A DNA stretch of 64,000 nt from the NCBI GenBank assembly GCA_965153455.1, contig OZ234493.1, forward strand, positions 13,692,213 to 13,756,212, in the 5' to 3' direction. Shown piece by piece: positions 23,061 through 37,274 of this stretch (the first letter of the stretch is position 1; each line of letters begins with the position of its first letter). Under the pieces are notes generated by a model that made no database searches, was not told where the DNA came from, and saw only the letters and a program-made list of their open reading frames with translations. The translations under genes and the position numbers were made by a program. This stretch comes from Sphagnum compactum (Eukaryota).

Positions 23061-25804
23061 TCGGGGGCGGGGGGGAATCAGCAGTAGAGAGGAGATGACA
23101 AATGCACGAAGGAGAGGAGAATGATGCATCTCTTCTGAAGTCTATAGCAATTTCAGGGATGTAAACATAAACAGTAAGGTGTGGGAGGACGGGGGCAGGA
23201 GCAGAGAGAGGGGGTGAGAGTAGAGAGAGTGTGCGGTGTGTAGGCCTTTTTGGGTTCTGCTTGTGCTTTGTCTCTTCTTAGGGTTTGATGTGTTGTATCG
23301 ATTAAGGAAGAAGAGCAGGAGACGAAGCAGAAGAAGAAGAGGAGTACCGAGATGTGAGAATGGAAAAACAGGAGAGGGTTTGCTGTCCCATCGTCGGACT
23401 AAGGCAGACCTTAATCAAGATCTCAGAATAATGGTGAAACCTGAGCATAGACAGCTCAGCTTCAACCACCCTTCCCTCTTCTCTGGGAGGGAATGACCCA
23501 AATGTGAAAGAGGCAGTGCTAGGGTCTCATAGCTGGAACCTCAAGATCTCTCTAGAATGGCCAGGACCCTTTTATAAGTCTCAGTAGCCCTTTGATTCTC
23601 ATCTAGGTCAGTGTATGTGGTAGCTTGCCCCATCAGAGTCTTGGCTAACAAGGGGCTGTTTTGCCTTGTCAAAACAAAAAAGCAAACATTAATAGCCAGA
23701 TGCAAATATCAAACTCTTTTACCCACTACTTTGAGGCCTCAACATCGTCACACCCTGCAGGCACAAATGGAAAACACAATTCTGCAAAACCCATAACTCA
23801 GAATACACCCAAGAAGTAATTTCCAGAATTGACAGAAAAGGACTCAGCCATGATATTGGCTAGCAGTTTCTCAAAGACCTCTTGTTCATCTGCCATTCTG
23901 CAAAGACAAAAAAGAAGGGGTGGAAAAAGAATGACAATCCGCTGTATGCCAGGCAACATCCTAGAGCCCGCCCAGCAACAACAACAATAGCAGTAGTCAA
24001 AGAAGGTAAGGCAGGGGTAAAAACAAAACAAAACAAAACCAAAACCAAAACCAAAACTGTCTAAGTTAGCACAGAGTTTGCAACACTTACATTACTGCCT
24101 TTCCAGATGCAATTACATTATCAAGGTTTTTCTTGTATCACCATTGTCAAGTTTTTTATTGTATCATTGTTTTCCTTGTGATCATCATCATGGTGTTCAT
24201 CTAAGCTTTCATCACAATGGTCATCATGCGTTGTAGGTACATGCTTCCTTTCATACCCACCCTGTACTTGTTTTTTTCCTCTATTGGACCCTTATGTCCC
24301 TAGTAGGTTTCCTTTTCCTTCTCCAATTCTTTGTCATTGATGTTAACCTTTGTTGTGTCTATCTAGACTATGTTTCTTTTTGTTTACCTACAATGGTTTT
24401 TTTTCCCATTGAAAGGTGTGATGATCAAAACAATGAATGGACAAACAAATAGATGGATATTTGGGTTTTTTACCACATTGTCTACACAGTTTGTGGTCAA
24501 AGTGAGTAAAATTTGACAAGAATAAAGGAAGCATGTCTTCACAACCAAATGTGTGATGGATGCTTCAACAATTTGGGTGTGTGAAGGAGTCATAGATTAT
24601 TCAAGTTTTATATCCACAAATTCCCTTGTGTAGCAACATCTTTTTCAATTATTACCATTCTTGGGTCCAAAAGTTTGAATAACTCTTTTAATTATGATGA
24701 AATTACACACAAATTCAACAACAATTCAACAACAATGGTCTAAGAAATTTTTTTCGAAAGTAGACGTAGGAGATCATAGTAGTGTTAAAAGATTTGTTTG
24801 GTGTTTTTTCCCATGCTCTGGACAAATTGTGTTTTGTTTAAAAATTATTGGTATACAAAGCAAGGGATTGGTGATGTTTATGAATGAATCTAGTCATGTG
24901 TTTCCATGCATTATTCATACAACCTTGTTAAGGGTAGAAATTTCTATGTTAATTAATGTCATGGGCATCCTAGTAATTAAAGGGTTACCTAATGGTAGTA
25001 ACTTACCATCTTTTACTAAAGGATGAAGTTAATGGGATTAGTTAAATGAATGGTTGATGGTAACCTATCAATCATGTGTGGATTTTTAAGAATGATAAGG
25101 ATTGGTATCCGATCAACTAATGGGATGTGTGGAAGGATTAGTATAAGGATAAAGAAGGCTTATTTCATGGAAAGCATGTGGACCTTGTGTGGTATGGGAG
25201 AAGGGGGATTAGGAGGAGGATAAAAAGGGATTGTGGATCAATCCTTTGGATTTGAAAGATTATGATTCTAAATTAGATGTGACTAGGAGAGTTCTTTTGA
25301 GGAAGAAGTGTGTGTGACGTTGAAGAAAGAGGAGGAAAGTATGGAAGCAAGTTGTATTTTCATTATTTTAGTGGAAAATGATTGATGAATTCTCATGGCT
25401 GTTTGTTGGTGTTTGGTTTTACTTAGAATACAAAAAGAGATATGAAATGTGATATCAAAGAAGGACCTCTTTGTGACAAATAAATGATCCACGATCTTAG
25501 GCATAATTTGTATAGTGAAACAAGTGGTTTTTTTGTCTGAAGAACAAGTTTTTGTTAGAAAGTTGACCAAATTGCAACTAATTTTGCAACTAAATGAACA
25601 TAAAAGTTTATTGCTGGATGAAAAATCCAAGAAGCTAGTCAATATGGAAGGACTTGTAATTTAATAATTGCACCATAGTTGCAAAAATAGTCATAAATTT
25701 TAAAAGATGATGACTAGCTGTAAAAATGATGAAACAAAGTTGCAAATGATAAGTAGTCGCATGTGGTCGCATTGTAGTTGCAAATTGAATGGTTACATAT
25801 TACA

Positions 25805-27240
25805 AGATTTCTTTAAGTGCACCCATATGATAATTGAAATTTTTGAAATACATAACATTATAGGTGTAGCCATGGCAAACCAAGTAAAAACTTTGCTAGA
25901 TTCTTTTGGTTTATGTGATCAAGTAATTGCATATGTCAAAGATGAAGGTTCTAATTTGAACATTTTGACTTCTATTTTGATTTTTATGGTTTCTTGTTTT
26001 GCCTTGTAGCTAGCATGTCCATTTGTATGGTCATGTTTTGGGCACACCATGTCAAAGGTGGCCTAATATGCTACTAGTTATAATAAAGTCTATGTTGGAT
26101 TTTCATAAGTTAGCTTCAAAGAAATTCAATCATCATTGCAAAAGACCATTACTTGGACAAAAAAATCTAGGAAGGGAAAGAAGGAATGGAAAGAATCTTG
26201 TATTATAACAAGGTTGCTTGCTAAGATGTTGATAACTCCAATGAAAGCATAGTTTGCTTGTCAAGTCATCTTATTCTAAGAAACATTAGAATATTGAAAT
26301 TTTATGTCCATTTGTTATGGATGGCAACAAGCTATTCATTTTCTTTTAGAATGTCAATGCTTTAGACTTGGGCTATTGTTCAAGCTATTACATATATGTT
26401 ATTCTGGGGGTTATTTTGAAACTTTGTGTTATGAACCAAAGTGTAGCCTATTGGTTATTGTCAAATGCATTATCGTGAAAGTTGATATGGTTGAGGTTCA
26501 AGCTTTAAATCAACCATTAATTCATGGCAATTTTAATTTAAAATTATAGGAATTCAAGTTGAAGATGAAAACACAAATCATCAATATTCTTGGCATTTGT
26601 TTTTGTTTATAATCTCAAACCAAATTTAAACCCATAACATGTTGGTTGTTACAAATACATGAATTTATACATGATTTTGTGAGGAATGGATATGCCATTC
26701 AAATTGTGATAGATTAAGATGTTGATATTGTGTGTACCCTTTTCTTACATGTGTTTTTTCATTTGCACCATGGTAGGGCAACAATATATCAACTTGTTCT
26801 CGTTGAAGGTGATGATATTTTATTGGGCAATTTGTATCAAGTGATGATGCAATCATGTCCACCTTGAAAAATGAGTTGCAAATATATAGATAGTTGTTAA
26901 TGCAACGAATAAAGATTGAAAACTATTTAATTTGGTGGGAAAATACATTGTGTAGTTTCCTTGTGTCTTTTTCCTTGCTCATCTTAGAATGGATATTTTG
27001 TGTTACAGGTGTCATCACTAATTTGAGACAATCTAGGCTTGGGATCGAGAATTTGGATAAGCTCATCCTCATCATAAAAAAATGGCCAAGTGACATATGT
27101 TTTGGGTGCAATGGACCTTTGAAGCCTGAAGCCATGGTCAAATTTTTGGAAAGGGATTGTGCTATAATTGAAGAATACAACAAATTGATTAAGGAACAAG
27201 GCCTTTTTGAAAAAGATTCAAGCTTTGATTTTATTTGATT
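25805..27240 (+). mobile_element. hAT-family transposase relic
   Basis: Fragments LLDSFGLCDQVIAYVKDEGSNL, CFGHTMSKVA (CxxH), TWTKKS..G, and a C-terminal dimerisation-like segment IFCVTGVITNLRQSRLGIENLDKLILIIKKWP. Multiple stops and frameshifts. Confidence 0.8.
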
Positions 27241-29687
27241 TCAAGTTCAAGTCTTTTCTTCATCCTCAATTTGTTTCTTTTGTTAACATTTCTTTCATGC
27301 ACAAGTATTTTGATCGTGTTATTTTCTTAGTGCATGCATTTGTAATATTGGAGTTCAAGATTGAAAGCCCGCTTTGCATTGCAATGTAGGGTATTTCTTT
27401 ATCTCATATTTGCAACAATTTCCTATGAGGAAATGGGCTCATCCTATGAATGGCCTTATGTTCTTCAATGTGGGTTCAATTAGGGTTATGAACTGCGAGG
27501 TCCTTTGTCAATTTGATTAGTCTTGTTTTGGAATCATATGTATTTTGTTGAAATCTTTTGTAAAGTATGTCATTCATATGTTGCAACTGTTGTCCTTTGA
27601 ATTTTTTTGTCATGTGCAAGGCTTTAAGAGGTCAATGTTGTTTTGTTTTGCAAGTCATATATCGTTGGAATCACATGTTGCTTTGAATTTTTTGTTTTGA
27701 AGGTTTGTCAACTCCATTTTGTTATCATTTTTCATGTGCATTTGAGGACTGTTGTCATTGGTAATTTGTAATGTTGGAATCGTATGGTTGGTCAATCAAA
27801 CCAATCATTTGTTTGATGATTTATTCCATATCAAATGTCCAAAAGCTCAATTCTAAAGAAACATATTATTCCATATGTGAGCAAGCATGAAACACATAAT
27901 CGTTGCAAAGTTAGATGTAGTCTCATTGGTTTCAAAAAGAAACAAACTTGAAAACAATAAATCTTGCCTTGTAATTGCAATGTTCAAATTGTTTTTGCAA
28001 GTACTTGCCTTTGTAATTGCAATATAAATTTATTTATTTATTTATTTTGACAATCTAATCCCTAAAACTTAACTGTATGCTGGACCAGCCCCTTGTCGGA
28101 AAAAACTTAAACCCTAATACCCAAAAAGCCTTTTAAAAAAAAAATTAAACCACCCAACACTAGTTGTCACCTCACAAACTACAATAATTGGCTTTGTACA
28201 CCCACATGGCATGGTCACATAGGGCAATTTGCGTACCAGATTCCAGACTCCGGATCCTTCCATAGAACCACCATCTTCACCACCTTCCCTTTCAAAGGGG
28301 TGCCCTCCTCCCCAAGGAAAGCAAAATAGATGTATGAAATACGTCATAACACAAGGTCAATCTCATGATCAGTGTTTTTGTTTTGTTGGCATTGCCTACC
28401 AAGGCAAGGATATTGTGTTTAGATTCATTATAGAGTATAGTATCTTAAGGGATTTGGGCCCCTATGTACATAATAGGTCTATTTTTGTAGGAGGATTTGT
28501 AATGCTACCACCCCTAAGCTTACTCATCATAAAGCACAAGGAAAACTATACAAGCGGAACTTAAAACATCCGTGGCCAACCGGACAACATAGGAGGGGGA
28601 GGGATCTTACACCTACTTAGAAGTAGATGCTAGTTCATCGAGGGCACCTCTCGGATGAGGGCATTAACCAAAACAAGGACCTATTTTGGTGATTTTGCCA
28701 AGCCTTAGGTGAACAAGCACCCATGTTTGGTTAGTAACTCAGTAACAATTCCCAAAATCAATTTAAATTTTTATTTTCTAAATATTACAAATATCCCCAT
28801 GCCTTAGACTCCCTAAATGAGGGTCTCCGAGTTCAAATCTCCTAAGCTTTAATAGGACCCAAGTGAATGCCTAGTCTTTGCCCTAAGGGTAGCAGGGCCA
28901 AGTAAAAAATAGTAAATACTTTTTCCTTTGTTTTGAATTTTTATTTATTTTTGGTAAATTCTAAAACCAGAAGAAAGCTCCAAAAAACGAGTGGAAGTAA
29001 CCTACCTATCTACCTACCTAGGTACCTAGGTACCTAGTTGGACATTTCCAGAATGTTCCAAACAAGCGCGTTCCACTCCGTATTTTACCCCCCGCCCCCC
29101 GCCTCAACCGCTTCCACTTCATTTCCGTTCAAACTGCTCTCGCTGCTGCGCACTCTCTTCTGTCTCCCTTCCCTCGCTCGCCATCTCTCTCTCGCTCTCG
29201 CCTCCACTGCTCGATCTCCGACTGCTGCTGCTTTCCAACTCCAAAAGCATTGGTAAATACGTTCTGAAGCTCTGCATTTTTGTGGTTATGGCTCTCGACT
29301 CTTGTGTGTTTGTGTGTATATTGTTTTTCTTTTAGTTTTTAGTTTTTTTAGTTTTTTTTTGTTAAGCTCTGTTTTTTGAGCTTCATTGTCCATGATCAGT
29401 CTCAGGTTTTTTGCGCTTCTGTGATATTTGCGTGATATTTCTGTGCTTGAGATTTTATTTTATTTTCACATTTTGCGCTCTGCATTAAGTTCATCGATTG
29501 AGCCCAGATTGGAAGCATAGCCAGGAACTTGGGCTTTTTTAGTAGCAGAAATTGCAGTGGATTCTTCTTCAAGAGTATTATTGTGTAGCTCGATCTAAGC
29601 TGCCATTTCTTTCTGCATTTAGCGCAGCAGTGAAGTGCCCCTGCATCGGTGCCCTGTGAGACGGAGGTGCATTGCCTTTTGAACTGA

Positions 29688-32338
29688 ATGGAACAGGTTT
29701 GATTTCCTCACACTGTCCATCTGTTTTTTTGTCTCTCTTCTACTTGGTTTTTGTGCAGTGTGTTTTGTATGTGGCAATCGATCAGGGTACTTGTTTTACC
29801 CCCATCTTTGAAATGTGTTGTGCAATCGGGATTCACTGTCTTGTTCCCCTTGTCATATCATTCTTAATCTCAAATCGTATACAGGTGAAGAAGTTCATTA
29901 GCAAATTGATGATACCACGCATGATGCTTAAGAAGAGCATGAGGAACCTCTCGTCTTCTTTGTCAATTTTGCAACCCTAGTCTGACTCAAGTATGCTAGA
30001 TCTGAAGGAATCTATATGTATGTCTTGCTTTTGGTCTTTCTGGGAGGAAAGCACCTGCCAATTGAATCTGACCAAAAGAGTTCAGAGAGGAGAGTATTAG
30101 GTTCCAACAGCAGCCATGCCCTCTTTTGGATCCTGCTTTGCTTTCACTAAGTTGTTAAGTGTGGATGTGTTTGTCAATGTATCAGGAAGGAACAAAGGTT
30201 GAACTCTACATCTATGACCTAAGCCAAGGGTTGGCACGCCAGCTTTCAGTTCAATTTTTGGGAAAGGCATTAGATGGAATTTGGTAAGTCCTTGTAGAGA
30301 GCAGCACTTATGCTCATAGTGTGCCACTTTTCTATATGTTAACATTTTTGTAAGCCGTTATAGTGGATCATATTGTGTAGATTTTATCTTCAATGATTCA
30401 TCAGGCATTGCAGGAGAAACTGGAAACTCAGTTGGTTTGTGATGTCTGTGTCACATGCATGGTGTACAATGACTTCTTATTCTTCTTGTGCTTTGTTTCT
30501 GATCAGGCACACTGCTGTAGGAGTTTATGGAAAGGAGTACTATTTTGGGGGAGGCCTTCAGAATAACCCAATTGGACAGAGTTCATATGGCAATCCAGTG
30601 CAAGTAATGCTTCTCGGTCATACTCAGATCCCACAAGATGTTTTCGAGGAATATCTTCAGGAGATACAGCCTCAATACACTCAGGAGACCTACAGTCTTA
30701 TGCACCACAACTGCAACAACTTTTCAGAGGAGGTTTCACAGTTCCTTTTAGGGACTGGCATACCAGAGTACATTCTTCGACTGCCTGAGGAAGTCTTGAG
30801 CAGTCCTATGGGAGTTATGCTGAGTGAGTGCCTCTCTTTGCATTTCCTGTATTACAAATTTCTTGCAGATTTATCACTCTAAATTCATCATGAGTTGCAG
30901 TTTCTACCTGTCATTCATTCATGTGCAGCAAAGACATAATAGGAGGACACTTGTGCTCAGTTGTGAATTTGCTAAGATAAATGGCTGTCCAAATTATGTG
31001 TTTGTTTTTCTACCTCCTTTCTTTATGAGGGCATTTCTTCCAATGAGCATTTTTCTCACTCCCAGCTCTTTGGTTGACATCCACTGGGAATGGATGCTAT
31101 CACATATTCTGAATGTGCTGAGATTTCTCAATTCTCTGTATGTGCTGAACACTGTGCAATCTGCCTTTCCCAACTTGTTCAGAAGTACCTGGAATATGGT
31201 AGTCAACAACCAGGAGGAGGTTCATTGGGTGAACTTCTCTAATTTTCAGGTTAAGCAGAAGGGATTCAGCAATAGGACAGTGTCAACCAGTCTGCCCATA
31301 TTGATAATGTTTTTTTTCTGCTTTGCAGTGCCAATGATTGAAAATCTGGATGCCACATTGCGACAGGGACAAGTCCCAATGCCTCAGCAAATCACATCAC
31401 CTCAACCCATGCCTAACTTCTCCAACATTGAGTTGCCATCCTCAGTCAACTTGCCATCTGTTACGTCCAAAGAAGCCAGTGCAGTGCAACTCACGTCTGC
31501 TGGCTCAATTCACTCAGTGAATGCTTCTGAAAAACCCCATGTTGTTCCTCCAGTATCAATCTCATCAGCTCCAACAACCCTCAGTAAGTTTTTAACTTCT
31601 CTCTCAACCTTCCATCTCAATCCTCATTTCTGTGTGCTCTTTGGGTATCTAGGACTGCAATGAGTCAACAATTCCCTCTTCTGCAGCATGGACGAATGGT
31701 GAAAGAAACATGTTGAAAGGAATCACTGTGGTACAAGGTAACCTTCCAGTCAAAGTTGAAACTGTTCTGATAACTTTTATGTAGGCTAGAACCTTGTCTG
31801 GATTTCTTCCTGAGGGGGCATGTCATCAAGTCAACAGCTGCACACACAGAGAAGCTGTCTTGATATGCAAAGAAAATTCCATAATACCAACTGATTTACA
31901 ACATTCTTCTATAATAATGATGCCATGTTGCACGCTTGATTTTCCCAGCATGAGAGGAGTTTTTCCTGAAGTTTTTTTAATGTGAGAAAGAAGGCATGTC
32001 TTAGGTGAAGTGGCTAAAAGTTTCTACTGTTAAGCAATGTCAGTTTCTTCTCATGTGACAAATGAGTTAATGCTCCAAATCAGTGTTTTCCAGCTTTGGC
32101 AGTCAGCAATTCAAACCCAGAGGAAAAGCAGCAAACAGGTGCAACTAGCCCAAGCTTGCAACAGTCAGCAAAGGACTCTTTGGGAAATGCCCGTGCTCAA
32201 GTTCAAGAAGAGATAACCCGTGAATTTGCTCAGATAATGGCTTCAGGGAGTTTGAAAGCCAGTGAAGCAGCAGCTCTTGCTGCTCGGCGTGTGTTACAGA
32301 GACATGGAATGGCTGCAAGCACAGTCCCTTCTTTCTAA
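29688..32338 (+). CDS. DESI1: PPPDE-domain desumoylating isopeptidase (DeSI1-like); exons 29688-29696, 30186-30283, 30507-30823, 31329-31583, (31687-31737), 32094-32338
   Basis: Spliced product [52 protein letters not shown]...[21 protein letters not shown]...[17 protein letters not shown]...[43 protein letters not shown]. Catalytic His (WHT) and Cys (NCN) are present and all GT-AG phases fit. The first micro-exon is less certain; an alternative in-frame ATG lies at 30177. Confidence 0.93.
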
Positions 32339-33119
32339 GGTTCTAAAGTCATTTCCCCCTGGATGCAGGCTTGATGTTTCTCAACCTCAGTTTATGCTTT
32401 AGAAACCAGAGTTGAGTGAGAACAAGTTGTGCACAAATTGCTACTCATTTTTTTGTCTCTTTCTTTGTTTATTTAGAGACTAAACACAGTCTCAATCCAA
32501 GAGGTTTAGACAAAGCCTTTGCATCTATGGACAAAAAAAGAACTTTCCAATTTTATTCATGCACCAAATTTGTGTGCATTTTTCTCATGGAAAATCTCAA
32601 AAGACACATTGTTTCTCTGCAGCACTACACCTTTTGAATTGGAAAATAACAATATTATTTGCTAATTAGGATGACAGGTAGGAAATTATGTATGCAATGA
32701 AGAGATTTTCAATTGACCCATTGTGGTTTTAGGGAGGCATATGATTTGATACTTCATTTATTTTAATGATGTAGTTAATTTCTTATTCCATTTTATTTCC
32801 TTGTGCAATCTTTGGTGTATTTACAATATTTGTTGTTTTGTTAAGTAAAATGAACTTTTAAATACATTATAAATAATTAAATCTGAATTGTAACAATAAC
32901 TAAGATTTAAAAAATTTAAACTGGAAATATCAGGACATGTCCTTGTGTAATTTACACTTTTATTTTGATTGTTGTGATTATGTGAAGTTAGATATTATTG
33001 GATATTGTTGTTTGCTGCTAAATTATTTTTTTCTTTGTTTTTTGGGTGCAACAAAATAAAGGCCAACAATTCATACATTGAATCTTTTGGAGGAAATAAT
33101 AGCAAAAACACCAAGTAAA

Positions 33120-33460
33120 ACATATTTCAACCATTTTTCATGTAATTTGCATAAGTTTTCAACAAAAAGTTAAATTTGACACCAAATTCAACAAGTTGGG
33201 GAACAAAACCGATCTAGTGGCCACCAAATAGGACGTGCTTCAACCAAAATTTCATGTAATTACATAAATTTTCAACAGAACTTCAATTTGACACTAAATT
33301 CAACAGGCTAAGAAATAAAACCCATCTAGTGGTCACCAAATAAAATGTATTTCAACCAAGTTTTCATGGAACTACATTAATTTTTTGGAGGAAAATAAAT
33401 TTGACATCAAATTCAACATGGTGCAAATGTTGAAATCGATCTAATAGCCACCACATGGGA
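33120..33460. repeat. ~115 bp imperfect tandem repeats (about 3 units), probably subterminal TE repeats
   Basis: ttcaacca..ttttcatgtaatt.cataa.ttttcaaca...aatttgacac.aaattcaaca...atctagtggccaccaaata recurs. Confidence 0.7.
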
Positions 33461-36400
33461 GGAATTACCACCATGCCAACATGCACTTTCATAATTTTCA
33501 TAAAAAATTTGAAATTCCATTCAAATTCAATATGATTGTGACTTCTAAATTTATTGGAATTTCAAGCATATTTTAATTAATTTTCATAAAATTTGCACAA
33601 GACCGTGTAAATTCAAACATGTTTTATGTCCACACAAACTTGTAAACTCAAGTTGAACCAATGTGATGCTCACCAATTTTCAAGTAATTATTTTCGTCCT
33701 CCTATTGTCAATTGCAACCAATATCTTCAAATTAAAATTATTTGCATTCAATATAAACTGAACCGGTTGGCTGAAATGAAGGTTAGACCTTGCCGACAAC
33801 AAATCATAAACTTAAATACATGAATGTAACTTTTTTTTCGTATTTATCACTAATGCCACCAAACGTCAACAAAAATTTCATCCACCCATGACATTAAAAA
33901 GGAAATTTCCATTCATCACCTCTATAGTAATTTTTCATGCACACTTGAAATGACAATTTAAAACAAGCAATGTCCATATTGACAGAGGTCAGCACATTGG
34001 AATGTTTATAAAGAGGATAAACATTAATATTTTCCTCAATGAACGCCCACAAGCAAATTGAATATATTCTAGAATATTAAAATCCCATTTGAAAAATAGA
34101 GTAAACCTACTATAGCGATAATAAAATAGCACCAACATTTCTACTTAATGTTCATAAAAAATTCAACCTGCAACTACAATGCACAAGAGTTATTATCAAC
34201 AACATCAAGATTAGTTTTTGCTTTAGATGCATGGGTCACATTAATACTTATCATGGAATGAATTGTTATATTGCTTCTAGCCAAAAAAGAAAACATGACA
34301 CAAGAGATTTTGACCTATTGTTTTGGGTCTTCATGATTACTCTTCCACTTGCTTAACCAACAATTATGATACAATTCCTCATCATTATTGGCTCCCTTTC
34401 TCACAAGAACCCACCATTGAACATAGACCTTCCTATAATTCCCTTTTTCTAATCTCTTACAACATCACTTTCAACCTTTCCCATCCACACAAGATAGACT
34501 TTAGGGTCTGCAAGCCACACAAGAACAAAATTACCAACAAACAAATCACGTTAAGGCATGTATGCAACAATGCTCAAAAAAGGGCACATGCTTCTAAGGC
34601 CACAATATGGAGGGATGACAAGATCTTCATGGTCAACATCTACAACAGTAGGAATGGATGCATACTCATAATAAACTTTCCAATTGCTAAAAGGCCAAAA
34701 ACCTTCCAATATAATAGAATTTTATCATGGGATAGGTCTTGATAACAGCTCCAAAATGTTCTCCCAACATTTCACATAAAGTCCCATAATTTTACAATAT
34801 GAATCATCTTTCAACATCCCAAGCTTCCAAAACTCAATATACTTCAAAATTCCGCTACTAATGAAGCTTTCCTTCTCACATGCCCTCAATTCATCTATTC
34901 CCCATATCGGGTGAAATGGAAAAGGATTTGGAACCCCCATTGGCAATTTTGGCCGTCAAGTGCCATCCTCCTTCCACAATCATATGCCCAGGTCATCTTT
35001 AGGGCTCCACAAAACATTAATAAGAAACACTTTCTATTGCATCACCGGCCACTTACCTTGTCCACAAAAAACTGAAACAAATGCATCTCCATATGACCAA
35101 CAAGGACATCCAAGCCATTGTTCAAATATCCATTAACCCAAGATTTGAAATCAGGGATTTCTTGAATGAGTTGTGGAATGAATGGACAATCTTGGGAAAG
35201 CACGAATGCTTTCATCAAATCAGACATGACATAATTCTTTTTCTTTTTCAATTTCTTCGAAAAATATCCAAAACTTCCATCAATATCTTCATGTATGTGG
35301 CCTAACTACAAGAAACCCCAACTGAGCTTCTTCGAAAACTTCATGGGTAGTTAACAAGGAAAAAAACGTTAGCAAGGACGGTTTTTGTTATCTTTCACAC
35401 AATTGTCCATTTGAAGAAGCAACTTCCTTTGCAATGGCTTCACACCCACAATTTTATCCACAAGCTTCAATGCATTCAAACTACAAGAACTTCCTTACAA
35501 AATTTGTTGGAAGAATGCATTTTGGGGTTCAAACTCAATCAAAACCCGTGACTCCGTAACTAACTTTTTTTCAAGGCTACGAAACAAGCACAGAAGCCTC
35601 CCAACCGTGAAATTAGGATCATTGGGCCAAAACTCATTAGAATATTGAATGAAAGCTTCATCCCCATGTCCATGAACAATCATTCCAGTCAATGTCACTA
35701 ACAACCGCACCAACCCAAACACCATTTTGTTCTTCACTTGAAACCGAGGCAAAGCTATTTTAGAATGGTTCATCTTATCATGAATTACACATAAGAAATA
35801 TGCTTTAAATTGCACAGATTCAGTTCTCCAGGTGTGATATAGATGCCAACAAGATTTTTGGTGAATGTTATGTTTTTTCAATTTAATTTCATGTTCCCTC
35901 ACACAAAGGTTTTTTTTCTAACTTTTGATATCAAATCCTTCAAGGATTCACAAACGCTACACTTGACAAAAACAGATCCTCTCATTCACACATCCACGTT
36001 CAAATGTTTTTCTTTCCCAACTGGCTCATAATAGACTGCAAGATACTTCCTTCTTGTAACTCCTTGCTAATCTACAAGCATGAAGAAAAACTAAATATCA
36101 AAATGCTAAACAAAAACATTAAATATCTATTACACTTCAATTAAGGCCATATTATTTTGTAGACCCAGTGGCCACTAGGTCGAAAAATAGTCAAAACATT
36201 ACAAGATTATAAACTCCATTAAAAATCAACTTGTAAACAATGCTTAAACAAGACAATATTAAGCACATCATTACTTGATCTAATGGCCACCAAATGAAGC
36301 TTTAATTGAAAAACATAACAATCTTCATACAATACAATGGAAATGAATCATTCCATGTTTACTTGGTCATTACACTCGCGCATTGTCCTCCAAGTAACTG

Positions 36401-37274
36401 GAAGAAGGAGATAAACATCTTGTCTCCCATCTCTGATTCCCTTCATTTGATGCAGCATTACATCAGCACATTGTTTAATCAAGGTTTGATTCGGCATGTA
36501 TCATTAGGGCTCGTTGCTTTTGATTCCCTTTATTTCGATGTGGTAGAATCGTACACCCTCTTTTATTTTCCTACTTATAATTCATGTAAGTTGACATAGA
36601 AATCCCCATGATTTTGTACCAAGCAATTTTGCAAACATCCTTCTCTTGAAACGTCACAAATTTTGCACGGTTGCAATCTTTTCTTCAATGTAACCTTCTT
36701 GGAATATCTAATGTGTGGTTGAATTTCCCCTCAAATGATTTGTTCCCGAATTGGTGTTTAAGAATTCCTGTCATTTGGCGAAGGAAATGTTGACGACAAC
36801 TTAAGGAACAACACATCAATGCCTTTACTCCACAACAAGATTCCTCACTTAGCACCTTTTCTATTTTTGAGACCAGATTTACGAACACGATCTCCTTCCA
36901 TTTTCTCTTACTGAAGCTACAATTTTTTTCTTCACACCAATCATTACTTCCACATCCATTTCAAGTACATAGCTTTCATCATATGAAAGCAAGAGCTCTT
37001 TCAATGAGAAGCCCTCCATAGTTGTCTGAACTAACGACCATTTTGAAATAGTCATTACTACTAAAATGTCTCCAAGACAATAGAAAATGGTCAAGCCAAC
37101 ATGATCATGACCAAGAATGTCATCCATAAATGCTTCCCTCGGGTCAGATGTTGTCACACGACCTTTCACAAGGAACACACCTTCAGGATCTAGAAGATTG
37201 CATTCATTTCTGCACCAACTGCTACGTCTTATTGGCAAAGCTTCTCTTCGACGCATGTCCTTTAAATTAAGTGA

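Noticed and set aside
30824-31663. 279-aa ORF as a separate gene
   Set aside because: It is a DeSI1 intron read in frame into exon 31329-31583.
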